From NCBI GenBank assembly GCA_951406725.2, contig OX597814.1, forward strand, positions 181,102,001-181,166,000: 64,000 nt of DNA, in the 5' to 3' direction. The notes under the pieces are model-generated. The model was not told where the DNA came from, searched no databases, and saw nothing but the letters and a program-made list of their open reading frames with translations. Every line of letters starts with the position of its first letter. Position 1 is the first letter of the stretch. This DNA comes from Octopus vulgaris (lineage: Eukaryota). Shown here piece by piece: positions 1 through 61,525 of the stretch. The translations under genes and the position numbers were made by a program.

Positions 1-1054
1 ATCCAACCCTGGATAAATAGGTGAGTTGGCAACAAAAGAGTATAGTTATAGAAAACCTACCTCAGCGAATTCTGCTTATTGCATGCAAGTATGGGAAAGC
101 AGACATTAAAGCATTACTGACAACATCCATCACAGTTACTTGGAATTAAACCCATCAAGAAATAAAAGTTTAGAACACAGTCTGCCTCAATTGGAGAGAG
201 GAAAAAAAAAAAAGCGTCCGTTATCAGTTTTAATGTCAACTTTTCCATTATACTGGCATGGGTCAAAAGTTTGAAGCAAATTCTCTATGGAGGTAGAGAG
301 ATGGGGAGGAGGATTTAAGAACTGCTGTGTGTGTGTACACACGAATTTGTGTGAAGATAGGGATGTTAATAGCAATACTCTTTGTTGGTTGCCTGACCAC
401 ACTACTTTATATGGAAGGTGTTACATTTGTAATTAAGCAGCATTGTTACAAAATTTATTGCAAAGATAAAAATGGTATTTAAATTTTTATTTTAATACTG
501 GTATAAACACCATAAAAATTCAAAAATAAAATTGCATCTTTGGAACATTGCCTATTATTCAGTGGCAAATGTACTTTTGCTTTTACTAGCCATATGAAAA
601 CAAATATTTTTCATTCAATGCAATCATCTCACCTACTTACAATTTCCATCTTTAAACTTTCAAAAACCATTAACATATAGAGCAAATCAAAATACTTGCA
701 CATTTCACTTTGTTTAAAATCTTATTTCACTTCACTGTCAAGAGAGTACAGAGTTTTCATCAAGTTTAATGTCTTTTGGCCTAGTGCTTTGGCTCAGTAT
801 AATATTGCAAATTTATGCAAACAATGAAAAATTAATGTAGTCGTCTTCCAGAAACACTGAAAAACTCATCTCCCCAGTCATTTTTATCCATCTAGCCACA
901 GCAAAACTTGACTAGACTACCCCCCATATAAAAAAAAAAAAAAAAAAATCACATCTGGACCTCATTTGTAGGGAGAAAAATAATTATAATCAAATTTTAA
1001 ATATGCGCAATGACTTGCTAATAAAATACAAATAAAATATTGATGCAGTAAGTT

Positions 1055-1060
1055 TTTATT
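1055..1060 (-). terminator. RPL5 polyadenylation signal AATAAA
   Basis: TTTATT on the plus strand about 24 nt past the stop codon; a short 3' UTR is typical of ribosomal protein mRNAs. Confidence 0.7.
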
Positions 1061-1083
1061 GACCCCGGTCATAAGAAATAAAC

Positions 1084-1180
1084 TTAATCATCATCTTTCT
1101 TGAGACTTTTCAGATATTCACTCTTCTCCTTCTGAATACGAGCCTTGCGCTGTTCCAGAGTAAGCTTCTTGGCATTGTGT
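1084..1180 (-). CDS. RPL5: RPL5 exon 8 (last coding exon)
   Basis: [31 protein letters not shown] followed by TAA. Confidence 0.92.
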
Positions 1181-4100
1181 CTGCAAAAACAATTGAAATA
1201 CAATTAATCTTAAATATACCTAATTGGTTCCAAAATACATCCTATTTCAGAAAATCTAATTAAAATTTACAGTTACAAAAACTAAGATATTCAGACTTAT
1301 CAATTCATTTTTATGCCATTAGACTGGCCATGCTGGGGCATTGCCTTAAATTTTTTTTTAATTGAATGAATCAACCTCTTTCTTTTGCCAAATCACATTA
1401 CAGAGATTTAAAAACACACCAACATTTGTCAAGCAATGGTGGACAGATACACAGAAGAGGGCTCCTTTCTGTTCCCATCTACCAAATTAACTGACAAGGC
1501 TTTGGTTGCCCTGAAGCTATAGTAGAAGACACTTGTTCAAGGTACCATGTGGTTGGGAAGCAAGCTTCTTAGCACACAGCCATGCCTGCACTATCTCAAT
1601 CATAATATAAAGAATATTTTAGATTACTTGTAACAGGTTTGACAGTCATAACATGATTGGAGAATCATCAGAATAAATCAAACCTAATGAATCAAAACAG
1701 AAATTTCAATTGTACCAGTAGTACACTATAGTATGCTACACAGCTCTTTACACATTCTTTTCTGCAGCTCATTCAGTCTGTATATGATCCTTGCTTTTCT
1801 TGTAGCCATGGTTTATCGTATACAAAACAATTCACACCTTATGTAGTTCAATTAAATTCTAAAATAATCAGGAATTTAGGCTGCTTTAACCCAGTCAAAT
1901 ATTGTTCTATGTTCAAACTAGCCAGATGCAGCCTTTCATACTCATCCTACAATGTCATTCTAAAGATAAGGAATCACACGAAAATCAAAGCTACAAGATT
2001 AATTAAAAACGAATAAGCATTAGAGTAACCTGAATGCTAAAAGGTTAAAACTTATCGACTTGTAAACCTTTGTAATACAATTTAAGATTCTTAACCAAAT
2101 CTTGTTTCATTACTATATCTCCAAGCAAATCTAATTATAGGAAAATTCAAAATATTTTAATAGCTATTATTTAATGACAAAATTTTAGAGAAAAAATTGT
2201 TCAAATTACTGGATTATTAGTTGAACTTAATGTATAATAATGGTAAAAAAGCACAAAGAAATAGGTGTACCATAAAAAAAAAAAAATAAAACGAAGTACG
2301 GAGATTTGAAGAAAATTAGGAAAGGAAATAAATACACAGAAACATACAAGGATTCACAATCCAAACTGTCACATATCTCCCAAGTAAATTCAAAAATATT
2401 TAGTCCTTCCCTGCAGTAATTGATTCAAAGAAGAAATAACCTAAGTTTGTTCTTGGGGAGGGGGAAGACTAACCCAAACTTGCTTGGCAACATGAAACTG
2501 ATATCCACTTTTTGACCATAGTGAAATGTTTCAGAACTTCAAAATTGGAAAGAAAAACCTATAATTTGCAGTGCTTACGTATGTTCAATAACAGAAGACA
2601 ATGTAACTCCAGTATATACATGAAACATTTTCAAATTTATGCTATGGTCACTTCCTGCAAGCAGTATACTCCTGTCTTTCCAGTTAACTGAATTTTTTGC
2701 TTATTCAATTCTAGGCTTGACCTATACATTTGGAGTTGCTGTTGGCAGATTCAGCTATGAGAGCAAAGTTACTGACATACAGTAGCCCTCATGGTCAGCT
2801 GGCCAAAATCCATTATGATCAGCAGAAGCATAACAGGAGTTGGGGCAAAGAGGGTTTTAAAAACGAGCCTTGTAACTTCCATTTGCATGCGAAATTCCTT
2901 TCAAAATACCAACAGCATCTCAAATTTTGCCAGCCATCTTCAGTAAGCAGGCTTTAATTTTTTTAACAACTGGACTATATAGTGAGTCTTCAAGATTGAC
3001 AACTGTTTGGTGGTTGGATAGAAGTGTATTCTTTTTTTAAAATCACCTATCACTGAACACACAAGTGCAATTCCATGAATTAGTCATGCTTAATTATGTA
3101 GCACACATGCATATTAACTAAAAGTTGTATCATTTACAGGATTTGTTTCTGGGAAAAAGAGCAAATATTTCACAAGTGCTGTGTGTTAAGAGTATAAAAT
3201 TGTGCATTAACCCTTTCGTTACTATATTTCTGACCAAAATACACCCCTTATGCGTTTCAATTAATTTCTAACGTAATCATAAATTTAGTCTGGTTTCATT
3301 AAACAACTATAACTTTTTTTATCTATCAATATATTAATCTGAATTTAATGAAATATTCTCAACCAATTCTATACTATAATTTTTGTCACAAAGTGACTAA
3401 TTGCAGGTAGATACAGGTAAATTCAACAAAATATAAAATTAAAATTTTGTTCAAACATCGCTATAGAAAATGGGTTATTAGCTAATATTCAATTGGGTAT
3501 ACAACAAAATTTTATGATAGAATGTTATTTTGGGTAACTTTCTGATACCCATAATATTTACGGCAAAATAGTCTTAATTTCATTTAAGGTTATGGGAAAC
3601 CACAAACTATCGTTTCTTTCGCTTTGTTTACATTTAGCGTAACGGTTCGTTTTTGCCATAATGATTTCAAATAGGCTCATTCGAAAAAGTAAAAAGAAAT
3701 AGTCTAAGGCTTTACTCCTCTGGGAAAGTCTGTGGCTTGGTCCAGTTTCTTCAGAAAAATCACCAAAAGAAACAGTTTTTAAATTTTCACTCCATTCAGG
3801 TGCCAATTCGTTTTCTTTATCGCTGTCGGAGCTCTCGAATTCACTGTTTTCACTTTCGGAAAATGAAACAGATTCATTATCAAATACCATGTGCTTTTTT
3901 TTTTCAGTCATAGAGTTAGATTAATGAAGGTCTTCAGTAGAAAATCCTTCGAATTCTGACTCGCTGCTTGATATAATGAAATTTGTATCCATTTTTTGTC
4001 AGAATTACAAATTTTGAAAACACAATAGGAACAAATTTCGGAAAAAAATCTCAAAACTCACGGAATTAAAATTACACTTCGATTATTGTACAAAAATGTA

Positions 4101-7100
4101 GTTGAACTGTTTACGAAGTATAATACGTGTTCTCACGAATGCACTAAAGAGATTTGCTCTGATATTCTCATTTAAATATGAATAGGTAAATTCGGGCGGC
4201 TTTGGTCACATTAACCAAAATTTTTTTCGGGTGGCTTGGTAACGAAAGGGTTAAGTAATCATTGTATTCCAACTTCTTTCACTTTTCAATGAATAGCAGA
4301 TAAGCAAATATCTTTCCAGATAAACAGACTGCTTTTTTTTTGGGATAAAGTTTTCAGAAATAACCCAATAGGTTTACCATTAATTCCATGAAATTGTCAG
4401 TTCCTGCTAGTATATGCTAATCTTAATTAGTTGTGCTATAAATCCAGTCCATTACATTTATAAAAATCAATTTGTTCTTTCTAGAATGTTTACCCTGGCA
4501 ATAGCTAATGGTACATGAATTGTACAGTACCATGTGCTACCTGACTGTCCTACATGGGTAGCATATGCCCTGCATTGTGTTATTTTCAATATCTATCCCT
4601 TCTGGTCCATCTGCTGTCATAGATTTACTATCTATAATTGTACTTGCAAGCTCTTGTAACATTTTCCATAATTTTCTTCTCAACAATAGTGCCAGCAAAT
4701 GTCATTATCAAGACAGTTTTTCCCAATGATGTCCAATTTGCAATGACAACCTGCAAACCTGTTTTAGCTTATTTCTGTTACATATACCTGCAATACAGTC
4801 TCTTTCCAAACCATCTTCTATACCATTCTAACACTGTCGTCCACCACCCAACTGGAACTTTGCCCCATTCACATCCATGGTTTATGCCCTGCAGTTATTT
4901 TAAAGTTCAAACTGACAAAGGAACCTTTGAACAGTGGCAATCAATAGTTGCTTACCTCTTTTTCACAATAGTTTTCTTGGGTGCAGCTACTGGTTCTGGA
5001 TGAGAACGGATTGCTGCATGTGCATTTTTATACTGCTTTTCAATCTAGAATTAAAAAAAAAAAGTTTAATTTTAAGGATAGACAATTGCATTCCAAGGAA
5101 ACTATTTCAACAACCATAAAGTGCCATGCTTTTACTTAGGCAATAATTGTTTTTCATGGATAATATCCTCCAGATTAGTTTGTCTTAAACCCTCTTATGT
5201 TTAAACCGACCATATCTGGCCCAGATATTCTACATGTTTTATATTCAAACACCTAATGTACATTGACATTCTAAAAATAAACAATCACATCATTGAAACC
5301 TCAAAGCTCTAAGATAATGCATGACCAATTTAAAACAATGAGTGAAAAAGTATTACATTTAACAGAGTAATCTGAACACTAAAGGGTTAAAGTACTCCAT
5401 TACAAGTATTGTTAACAGATTAACATGCCCACATCTATTTAAACTACCACTAACAATAAGTGCTTTCCACTGTATAAAATATATATTTTGTGCCTAATGA
5501 AGTAGTAAGAATTATAGAGAACGGAATACTCACTGATTCGGGTGTTATGCCTAGTTTAATATAACGCGAGAACTGTTTTTTGTATGTTTCTTCATTTTCT
5601 TCTTGAAGTGTAGACATATAATTTGCGACATGTTTGCCAAAAATATGATCCCTATGCACCTCAGCTTTAAATTCTCCACTCTCAGCATCAAAACCTGGGA
5701 AGCGCTTAACACTGTAATAAAAAATATATGAAGCTTAAATTTGTTGTAATCACAAAATTCCCATGAAAACAGCATTTTTGGGGTTCATCATTAACATTGA
5801 AGATATCTAGTTATAGGTTTTGAATTTAAATTCTCAAATACACCTAAGTTGAAACCATTAAAATAAAAGCAATATAATATGAACACAAGACCTTAAGAAA
5901 TGAGTAAATGGGTTGTATTACAGTGATGAAAGCATCTAGTACAGATTTATACTGAACTAAAATATTTTTCATATTTAATATTTCTCAGACAGATCATATA
6001 ACTTTTCAATTACAAGAAAGTCAAAAAAGTTTGACAGCTGTTCTGTTCCCCCATGGAGACAATTGTGATATACAATAAAATTTATAACTATGAAACTATA
6101 AACAAAACAGCAATAGCTGCAGTATTTGATGAATGAATTGCATCAAAAAATTCTTACAAAAGCATAAACAATAGTTATTGCTGGATTAGAGCAGACTTGA
6201 TACAAGCAACCTATGAGTCTCTGAAGTAAATGCTTAACATACTTGGTACAGCAACCAAATGTACACAACAAATATGCTTAATTTTTAAAAGAAACTCAGT
6301 TGGACCTAAAATCTATTGACTATTCTAATTATTCCATAAAATATTGGACCAATTATGCAAAAGTGGACAAAAATCAAGGTATTTTAGCACCTATAATATT
6401 GGCTAATAAAATTGTGATATTTCATTCCACTGGTATGACATGAATACCCTTTCAAACCTACAAACCTCCTATAGTAAGCAAACCAACACCCTACAGGTGT
6501 TGTGTCCATTTGTTCTTGGAAGCTATTTTTATAAGCATAGTTACCAATGTTGCTGGTTAGACTTATGACAATATTAGTGCAAATATGATCTAGAACGAAG
6601 TTCATGAAACATTCCTGCAGTACAAGTTTACTCATAGAAACAGTCAACTTAACATACTACATATGCAAATGTGCTAAAATATGAAATTATGGAATTAAAG
6701 AAAAATTTGAATTTTTCAAATTTATCCAATTCATATGTTAGTCAACTGACAATTTAAGAATTGGGACTGGATTTAAGCATTTTGAAATACTTCCACTTCC
6801 CCACTCCATACTTGCAAACATCAACCATGCCAGTCTGTGAGGGTCTGCAAGTTACCAACACAGCCACTCCTGTGACTTAAGTCTCCAAGAGTTAGCTTTT
6901 TAAGATTAAAAAGTTTCTGAAATTAAACAACAAATCAGACGTTTTCAAACAAGTCCACCTACACCCATAAAGTCTAGAACCTGTAACTGAAAAAGAGTCT
7001 TACTTGTGAGGTATCTCCATACCACCATCAACAGCACCTTTCATTGCTCCAAAGACTCTTGCACCAGTTGTAGTACGGCTGAGTCCAACATCAAGAAATG

Positions 7101-10100
7101 CACGGAAGGCTCTGGGTTTACCTTCAATGTTCTCAACATTATACTCCTCTCCAGTTACATCAGTACAACCATCATAGATGGTGTCCAAATTGAACTTCTT
7201 CAATATCTGAAAACAAATTGTGATGACAATATATTAAAACTAAAATGATTAGAGGGGGAAAAAATTTTTTTTTAAGAAAACATTTAAGTTTTTCACATAC
7301 TAAAAAACAAAAAGTAACTTACTCTTCTGGCAAGAAGAAGTCCTGTGCAATATGCAGCAGCATAGTTGGTCAGCCCTACCTTGATGCCATATTTAGGGAG
7401 TTCATGAGAATAGGCCGCAGCCACAATCACATCTCCCTCAATACGGGCATACGCTATCTAAAACAAAAAACATTTTAATTGTTAATTTACTATTAATCAT
7501 AATTTTAAGAAATAAGACCATTCAACATAGAGGTTAGGGCAGTAGGAACCTATGTAAATCAATTACAATACAATTCATACCAAGAAGTACAACTAAAGCA
7601 AAGTCTAGATCAGTGGTTCCTAAAGTGGGCAGCGCTACCCCCATGGGGGAAGTGGAAAGATTCAGGGGGTGTTGAAAAGTGGAGCAACAACAGGGTAACA
7701 GAAAGCAGTTGATGGTTGTAACAAAACTAATGAATTGGGTTAAATTTTATTTTGCTGCAGAAAATGTTCTGTTTGTGGTGGTGAGTGATCGAGTGGGGGG
7801 AAGCTAGGAATGTAGCTCAAAAGAGGACAGCACCAGCAGCCTGAAAATGTTTCATGTTTTCAATATATAAAATGGTGACTTATCTGACATACCATGTTAT
7901 GACTACATGTACACATCTAGCTAACACCACCAGGGGCATCTACAATTACACAATCTGCAAAAATTGCAATCAAATCTTCCTCAAATCAAACAATCTTAAT
8001 CTTATTTAAAAGGTGTAAATGAAGCATCCAGTCTTGCTAATCGAAGCACACAACTTAAAGCCACCCTTCTATATTTGTTAAAATACTGTCAACTAATTTT
8101 GGAAATAATGAATGTAGTAAAATAACTCATTATGCTGGTATCGGGAATAAACAAAAATTTGATGGAGTATATTGATCATGCTGGCTAATCTGTGATATTA
8201 CTAAAAATTTCTACAGTTGTTAGTTGTCGGAGCACTGCATCCTTCAAAACTTCCATGCTTCCTGAGATTCGCCAACACTACACTTGATTTTCTCCCCTCC
8301 ATACACACACAAGCATGTATCTGACTCATACATTGTTCGCTTTCCAGACATTTCTACATTTACTTTATATGCACTTTGACAAGTTGTGGTGCACCTGAGC
8401 ACTGTATACAATAATTTCATTATTATTTTTATGATTTTCATGCCCGTTTTCAAAATGACAAGCTTTAAAAAAAGATTTATAGGAAGACAGATTGAAAACT
8501 TGTAATTTCTAGCCAATCAAACCAGTCCATGTTTCTACAGCAACAAACGGACACTACAGTTATGACTGGCATTTCATTCAAAATTTCAATTGTAAATGTT
8601 TGTTTTCATTAAATATTTACATCCTTAACCCTTAGCATTCAAGCTGGCCAAAATAACCTGTTTTACATTGAAACGGGCCAGACCTGGCCTCTTACCTCAT
8701 CCTTTCAATGTCATTCTAAAACTAAGCAATCACATCTCCAAACAAGATAATGCATAATTAACTTAAGACATTACATTCAACAGAATAATCTGAATACTTA
8801 AGCATTAAAAGCTCAAAACAAGTTGAGTTTTCATGTCACATCAAGGGTTGGGGGGAATAACAATGGAAGAATTTGAAAATTTGTTTTTGTAACTTGCAAA
8901 AATTTTAAAAATTCAATCAAGATAGCTGTTTCAAACTAACCTCAATCCTTTATCAATTAAACCAGCCATACTGACTAGATCCAGCCTATCACACCTATCC
9001 TACAATGTCATTCCAAAAATAATCACATTGAAATCTTGAAGCTTTGAGAATGCATAATGCAAAACAATGAATAAATAAGCATAACACTTTAATCAGAATG
9101 CTAAAACAGCTGAATTCTGCACCTAAATTTTTAGGTTTCAGCATTTTCATAAAATGTTTGCGAATTTGTATTCAACATAGCAATTCAGATGACTAAAAAA
9201 ATCTTTTGGTTAATTTTGCAAATTTTTTTAAATAACAAATTAAAACAGCTAGTTCAAATATTTGCTTAAATCCCAGCAATAGGCTGTTAAATGTGTTGGG
9301 GAGAAAGATCTTGAAAAACAGTGTCAGATGTGCTAAAGTAACAGCTAAATTATGCACAAAATTTGCTTTTGCATAATTATATGAATTTCTCCAAAAGCTT
9401 TCAGTCATTCCTAAATCTATCCAATACTTTGCCATCAAACTGAGTCATTAAGAACTCAACTAATGAAATACCTCCAACTATCATACAACCACTTCAGTTA
9501 TACATCACTAAGGATAGCAATGATATTTATGCAATTCAAAAGAACTTTAGTAACAGTGTATGCTACATTACAGTAGTGTTCAAATTACATTCTGCATGGA
9601 ATAGTTTTTGTCTCAAAGAGCCAAATATTTAAGTTAGGTTTTGCTAAAATGAAACTATGCTTATGTATTTCTAACTGGAGATATTACTATTTTATTTCAA
9701 TATCAAGTTATCAAATCATCACTGACAGATATATTTTACTTAAAGAAATTGATGTCTAGTAGGAACCACTGATAAACTAAGGTAGGAAGGATGCATTTGA
9801 CAAGGTATAAAAAAAATAAAAGATTTGAAACTGGATGGTCAAGAGTTAGACTCCTTTGGAAATTAGACATACTATTAATTACAACTGGTTATAGTGTTTT
9901 AAGTAGTTATATAGGAGAAAGTAAGGATTGGCATTCAAAATATCTTGTTTTGATTTTTAAAAAAATCATATTGTACTTTCTGAAAACCTATTTTTGGATA
10001 TTAGGGTTTATAGCTTGTTTCCATAAAGTCAACTGTTTCAATATAAGTGGGATCCAAAGTTATGATTAAAATTCATCTAGATTGTGGTCAGTCATTAAAG

Positions 10101-11908
10101 CAGAAATTGACTTAAGTTAGCAATCTTCAATAAAATATTTACAAATGTTTACTTGTTCTTAAAGCTTACAGAAGTCCCACTGTAGATGGAACAGGCATTT
10201 CTTCCTCATGGGCTTAGGAAGGGATCCAGCCAAAAACAATGCTAAAGCAGACTGGAGTTTGGCACAGTCCTCTGGCCAGTCAACTACTGTCAAACCACCC
10301 ACGCCAGAATGAACTTATCTTCCTTAAACTAAAAACTATAAGTTTCTTTATACATTTTAACAATCATTTGCTGTTGTAACAATGCTATAAGCATATTCGA
10401 ATTTGGGATACAATGGTATGGAAGTCGTGAAACATGGATGTCTATTCAACCATGACCAGTCAGAAAGCCATAAAATTTTAATCAAAAAGGATTTTAGAGT
10501 TAATATGCAATTATAAACAGACCATTGAACACACTTTAGAAACTAACTATGAAATAGCCTAATTACTCCTATTTATCACCACTGGAAGTCTTTAGTCTAA
10601 AATTTTCTAAAAAGAAAATCATAATAATCTTCATTGGTGAATATATTTCAGGTTTTTAACATCGACAAGTTATTTGTCAGCACTGTCAGTTTATACACGT
10701 TTAAAATCTCACCACCTCACAGTAGTTCCATTCGTAAACTGTTACTGTAATACGTAGTTAGCGTACAAAGAAATACCTTTCACAACGTCAAGTATTTTTC
10801 ATATATAAACTGGTATATGACTTTAAAATAGATTTTCAACAATTTTACGTAAAACATTGCATTGATATATATATATATAGCTACCAAGTTATTGCTCGAG
10901 GGGAAAAAAAGAGCATTATAATGGATTAACCCAGTGTACAATACAATAAGTTAACCTTAGCATTATTTATACTAACTACAGTGACTTTAAAACTACAACT
11001 GAATCAAAGTTCACAAATGTTAAGCCTTTCAAATGGGTGGAGAATAAGAAAAGTTAAGTTCACCTGGCAAATAATATCCTTATTAGTGAAGCGAACTATC
11101 ATTCGATATTTAGGTGTGTTGTACTTGTTTTTTTCCTGCACCACAAGACGTTTCCTCGCGAAGTAGTCAGTTTTTCCCTCTAGAAATAGAATTAAAAGTT
11201 TTAGCCAACTTTTCGAGAAGAAAAGGCGGATATTTCGTAGACAAGTGTAAAAGATTAGGTTACGTATTACAGTACTACTATGTACATTTTGGTATTACTG
11301 GATTACAAAGTATATATATATACCTCTCCTCCTTCGGAATTTTACTTGAAACCTCTTGAAATAGGCTTTATTTTTAATTATCTTCACGAACACCTGCAAA
11401 AGAAAAAAAAATTAACCCATTTCAAGAGAAAGTTTTTGTTTAGCAACGTTGTAGAATTACTTTGAGTAGACAATTATTCAATAAAACTAGTGTTGTATAT
11501 ATTTATATTAAAACAGAAAGAGTGCTTCAATACAAACATGTAAAAGTTGCATACTTTTTAACGACTGATTTTGCCATTGTTGAATATGGAGACCAACGTC
11601 ATCGTTGCATTAATTTTCTGTCACATGCGTATAAAAAAATTCAAGTTGGCACGATAAAAGAACCTAGAAGAACACTTCTTTAAAATTCTAAAACCAATAT
11701 CCATGATTAAAATAAGTGAACGTCACGTATTATAAATGCTGTCAACAACTTCTAGCGGGAGAGCAAGTGCGATTATTACACGTGTAGAAAATAAGCTAGG
11801 CGGTATCATTAATATATCGAAGCCATCGAACAGAATTTATTGAAAAATATCATTTAACAAGTTATAAGAATACAAAATATATTTAAATTTTTAGAAATTA
11901 CTCACCAT
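1084..11908 (-). CDS. RPL5: 60S ribosomal protein L5 (uL18), 8 coding exons, 296 aa
   Basis: Exons, all GT-AG: 11906-11908, 11324-11393, 11064-11179, 7323-7457, 7004-7206, 5534-5711, 4956-5044, 1084-1180. Total 891 nt, in frame. Translation [72 protein letters not shown]... is unmistakably RPL5. Confidence 0.97.
3211..4250 (-). mobile_element. Non-autonomous piggyBac (internal deletion derivative) in RPL5 intron 7
   Basis: TTAA at 3207-3210 and 4251-4254; perfect 12-bp TIR CCCTTTCGTTAC. ORF 3558..3911 has an acidic N-terminus and the piggyBac transposase N-terminal motif (LDYFFLLF...TNRYA...W.PITLNEIK). Confidence 0.9.
4956..5044 (-). CDS. RPL5: RPL5 exon 7
   Basis: [29 protein letters not shown]; 89 nt. 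Confidence 0.93.
5185..5390. mobile_element. TTAA MITE copy
   Basis: Same family as 56022-56249; ends AAAGGGTTAA. Confidence 0.7.
5534..5711 (-). CDS. RPL5: RPL5 exon 6
   Basis: [32 protein letters not shown]...[17 protein letters not shown]; 178 nt. Confidence 0.95.
7004..7206 (-). CDS. RPL5: RPL5 exon 5
   Basis: [11 protein letters not shown]...[31 protein letters not shown]; 203 nt; matches ORF 7000..7203. Confidence 0.95.
7323..7457 (-). CDS. RPL5: RPL5 exon 4
   Basis: [45 protein letters not shown]; 135 nt. Confidence 0.95.
8215..8426 (+). mobile_element. 3'-end fragment of the CR1-type LINE seen at 21.6-22.8 kb
   Basis: Closely matches the reverse complement of ~21575-21755 (CTTCCATGCTTCCTGAGATTCGCCAACACTACAC...GTGGTGCACCTGAGCACTGTATACAATAATTTCATTA). 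Confidence 0.85.
8625..8808. mobile_element. TTAA MITE copy
   Basis: Starts TTAACCCTTAGCATTC; same internal sequence as the family. Confidence 0.7.
11064..11179 (-). CDS. RPL5: RPL5 exon 3
   Basis: [39 protein letters not shown]; 116 nt. Confidence 0.95.
11324..11393 (-). CDS. RPL5: RPL5 exon 2
   Basis: [23 protein letters not shown]; AG/GT boundaries; 70 nt. Confidence 0.95.
11906..11908 (-). CDS. RPL5: RPL5 exon 1 (ATG only)
   Basis: Minus strand reads ...CCAAAATG|GTGAGT. Confidence 0.85.
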
Positions 11909-11974
11909 TTTGGTTTATTTTACAAGTCCAACAATCAGTGCCTTAATAATAGCATCAGTTGGGGGATGACTTAC

Positions 11975-12200
11975 TATGAAAAAGGAAGTGGCAGGCACCT
12001 CTGCAGACAATTTAACAGCTTTCCGGAAGTGCTTTTATAATATAATTTTTTTGATATACGCAATAAAATAAAATTTAACATAAATTTAAATTATCACAAT
12101 TTTAAAAATATATAAGCTTTTATAAAAGTACTTTCACGTGATTTTGCTAATAAATATTAAAAATAATTAATAACCAATCAAATGTCGTGTCGTTGGTGCA
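11975..12200. promoter_or_regulatory. Bidirectional promoter RPL5/CCDC18-like: polypyrimidine (TOP/TCT-like) start, ETS site, E-box, CCAAT box
   Basis: Minus strand CTTCCTTTTTC at ~11978-11988; CCGGAAGT at 12023-12030; CACGTG at 12135-12140; AACCAATCA at 12172-12180. The two ATGs are ~610 bp apart and CpG is locally retained. Confidence 0.65.
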
Positions 12201-12517
12201 CTTAATTTGAATATATTTCATTGTAAACTTAATTTTACGAAGTTGATTGATGTATTTTATTGATTTTAAATTGTTTATTATATCATATCCGTTTGTTTGT
12301 CATTTGTTGTTTTTACTGTTCCATAAAAGAATTCCCCTGTATTCATTTATCTCTAAAACTCAGTTCCAAAGAAAAACAAGTCGCAACATGTCAACAAATA
12401 TTCCATTTCTCTTGACGTTTTCTCAAGTTTTCTCTATGTTTTTATCAAAAGTTTCACAACGCTGACGATTAAACATTAACCTACACGTAATAAGATGCTA
12501 ACATTTGAATCTGCATC

Positions 12518-61525
<49,008 letters not shown>

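Noticed and set aside
2743-2808. Imperfect hairpin resembling a pre-miRNA
   Set aside because: The G-U pairs work only on the strand antisense to RPL5, and there are many bulges.
5785-5791. C box ATGATGA on the RPL5 strand in intron 5 (SNORD21 position in vertebrates)
   Set aside because: No CTGA D box before the 3' splice site and no U21-like antisense element found.
9716-9722. C box GTGATGA in RPL5 intron 3
   Set aside because: The nearest D box is over 200 nt away and there is no terminal stem.
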